Assembly: GCF_006345805.1 (NCBI RefSeq)
Contig: NC_042997.1
Span: 186,496,001-186,560,000 of the forward strand
Direction: 5' to 3'
DNA: 64,000 nucleotides
Origin: Octopus sinensis
Taxonomy: Eukaryota
Shown here: piece after piece, positions 63,961 to 64,000 of the stretch
How positions within the stretch are numbered: position 1 is the stretch's first letter
How the letters are laid out: the number at the start of each line of letters is the position of its first letter
Position numbers and translations under genes: made by a program
The notes under the pieces: generated by a model
The model's input: only the letters and a program-made list of their open reading frames with translations
Told to the model about the DNA's origin: nothing
Database searches by the model: none

Positions 63961-64000
63961 GCATTATATATATATTATTTTATTATTATATGAATGCCAC
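63610..64000. repeat. (TA)n tracts enclosing short element fragments (63640-63720, 63760-63830)
   Basis: AAATTAGAGAAAAACCACTATTATG matches the 44931 palindrome arm; GTCCTGTACCCATATAT matches 33392 and the ~860-bp element. Confidence 0.7.

Overview
Eukaryotic, AT-rich, repeat-saturated DNA, most likely from an octopus/coleoid cephalopod (inferred from the recurrent tRNA-derived SINE families and extreme microsatellite load). No intact protein-coding gene can be supported. Almost all listed ORFs are translations of (CA)n, (TA)n, (GAT)n or (CAC)n repeats, and only a few weak exon candidates exist. The window holds several SINE families (my own labels A-E and G), two mariner derivatives, two Helitron-type non-autonomous elements and decayed LINEs of four kinds: RTE, RLE-bearing R4/NeSL-type, L1/Tx1 and Penelope-like. 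There is a 100-N gap with a probable false duplication. Most interesting signals: (1) a four-copy (TA)n-targeting element carrying a minimal hammerhead-like fold with a variant CUGUNGA core, in which N7 takes all four bases; (2) a near-complete type I hammerhead at 55375-55433 plus other hammerhead remnants, and a decayed Penelope RT that could be the partner; (3) a ~860-bp terminally redundant non-coding element present twice; (4) head-to-tail SINE concatemers with one fixed junction at four loci; (5) the same direct-plus-inverted duplication architecture at two unrelated loci. All alignments and folds were done by eye and need computational confirmation.
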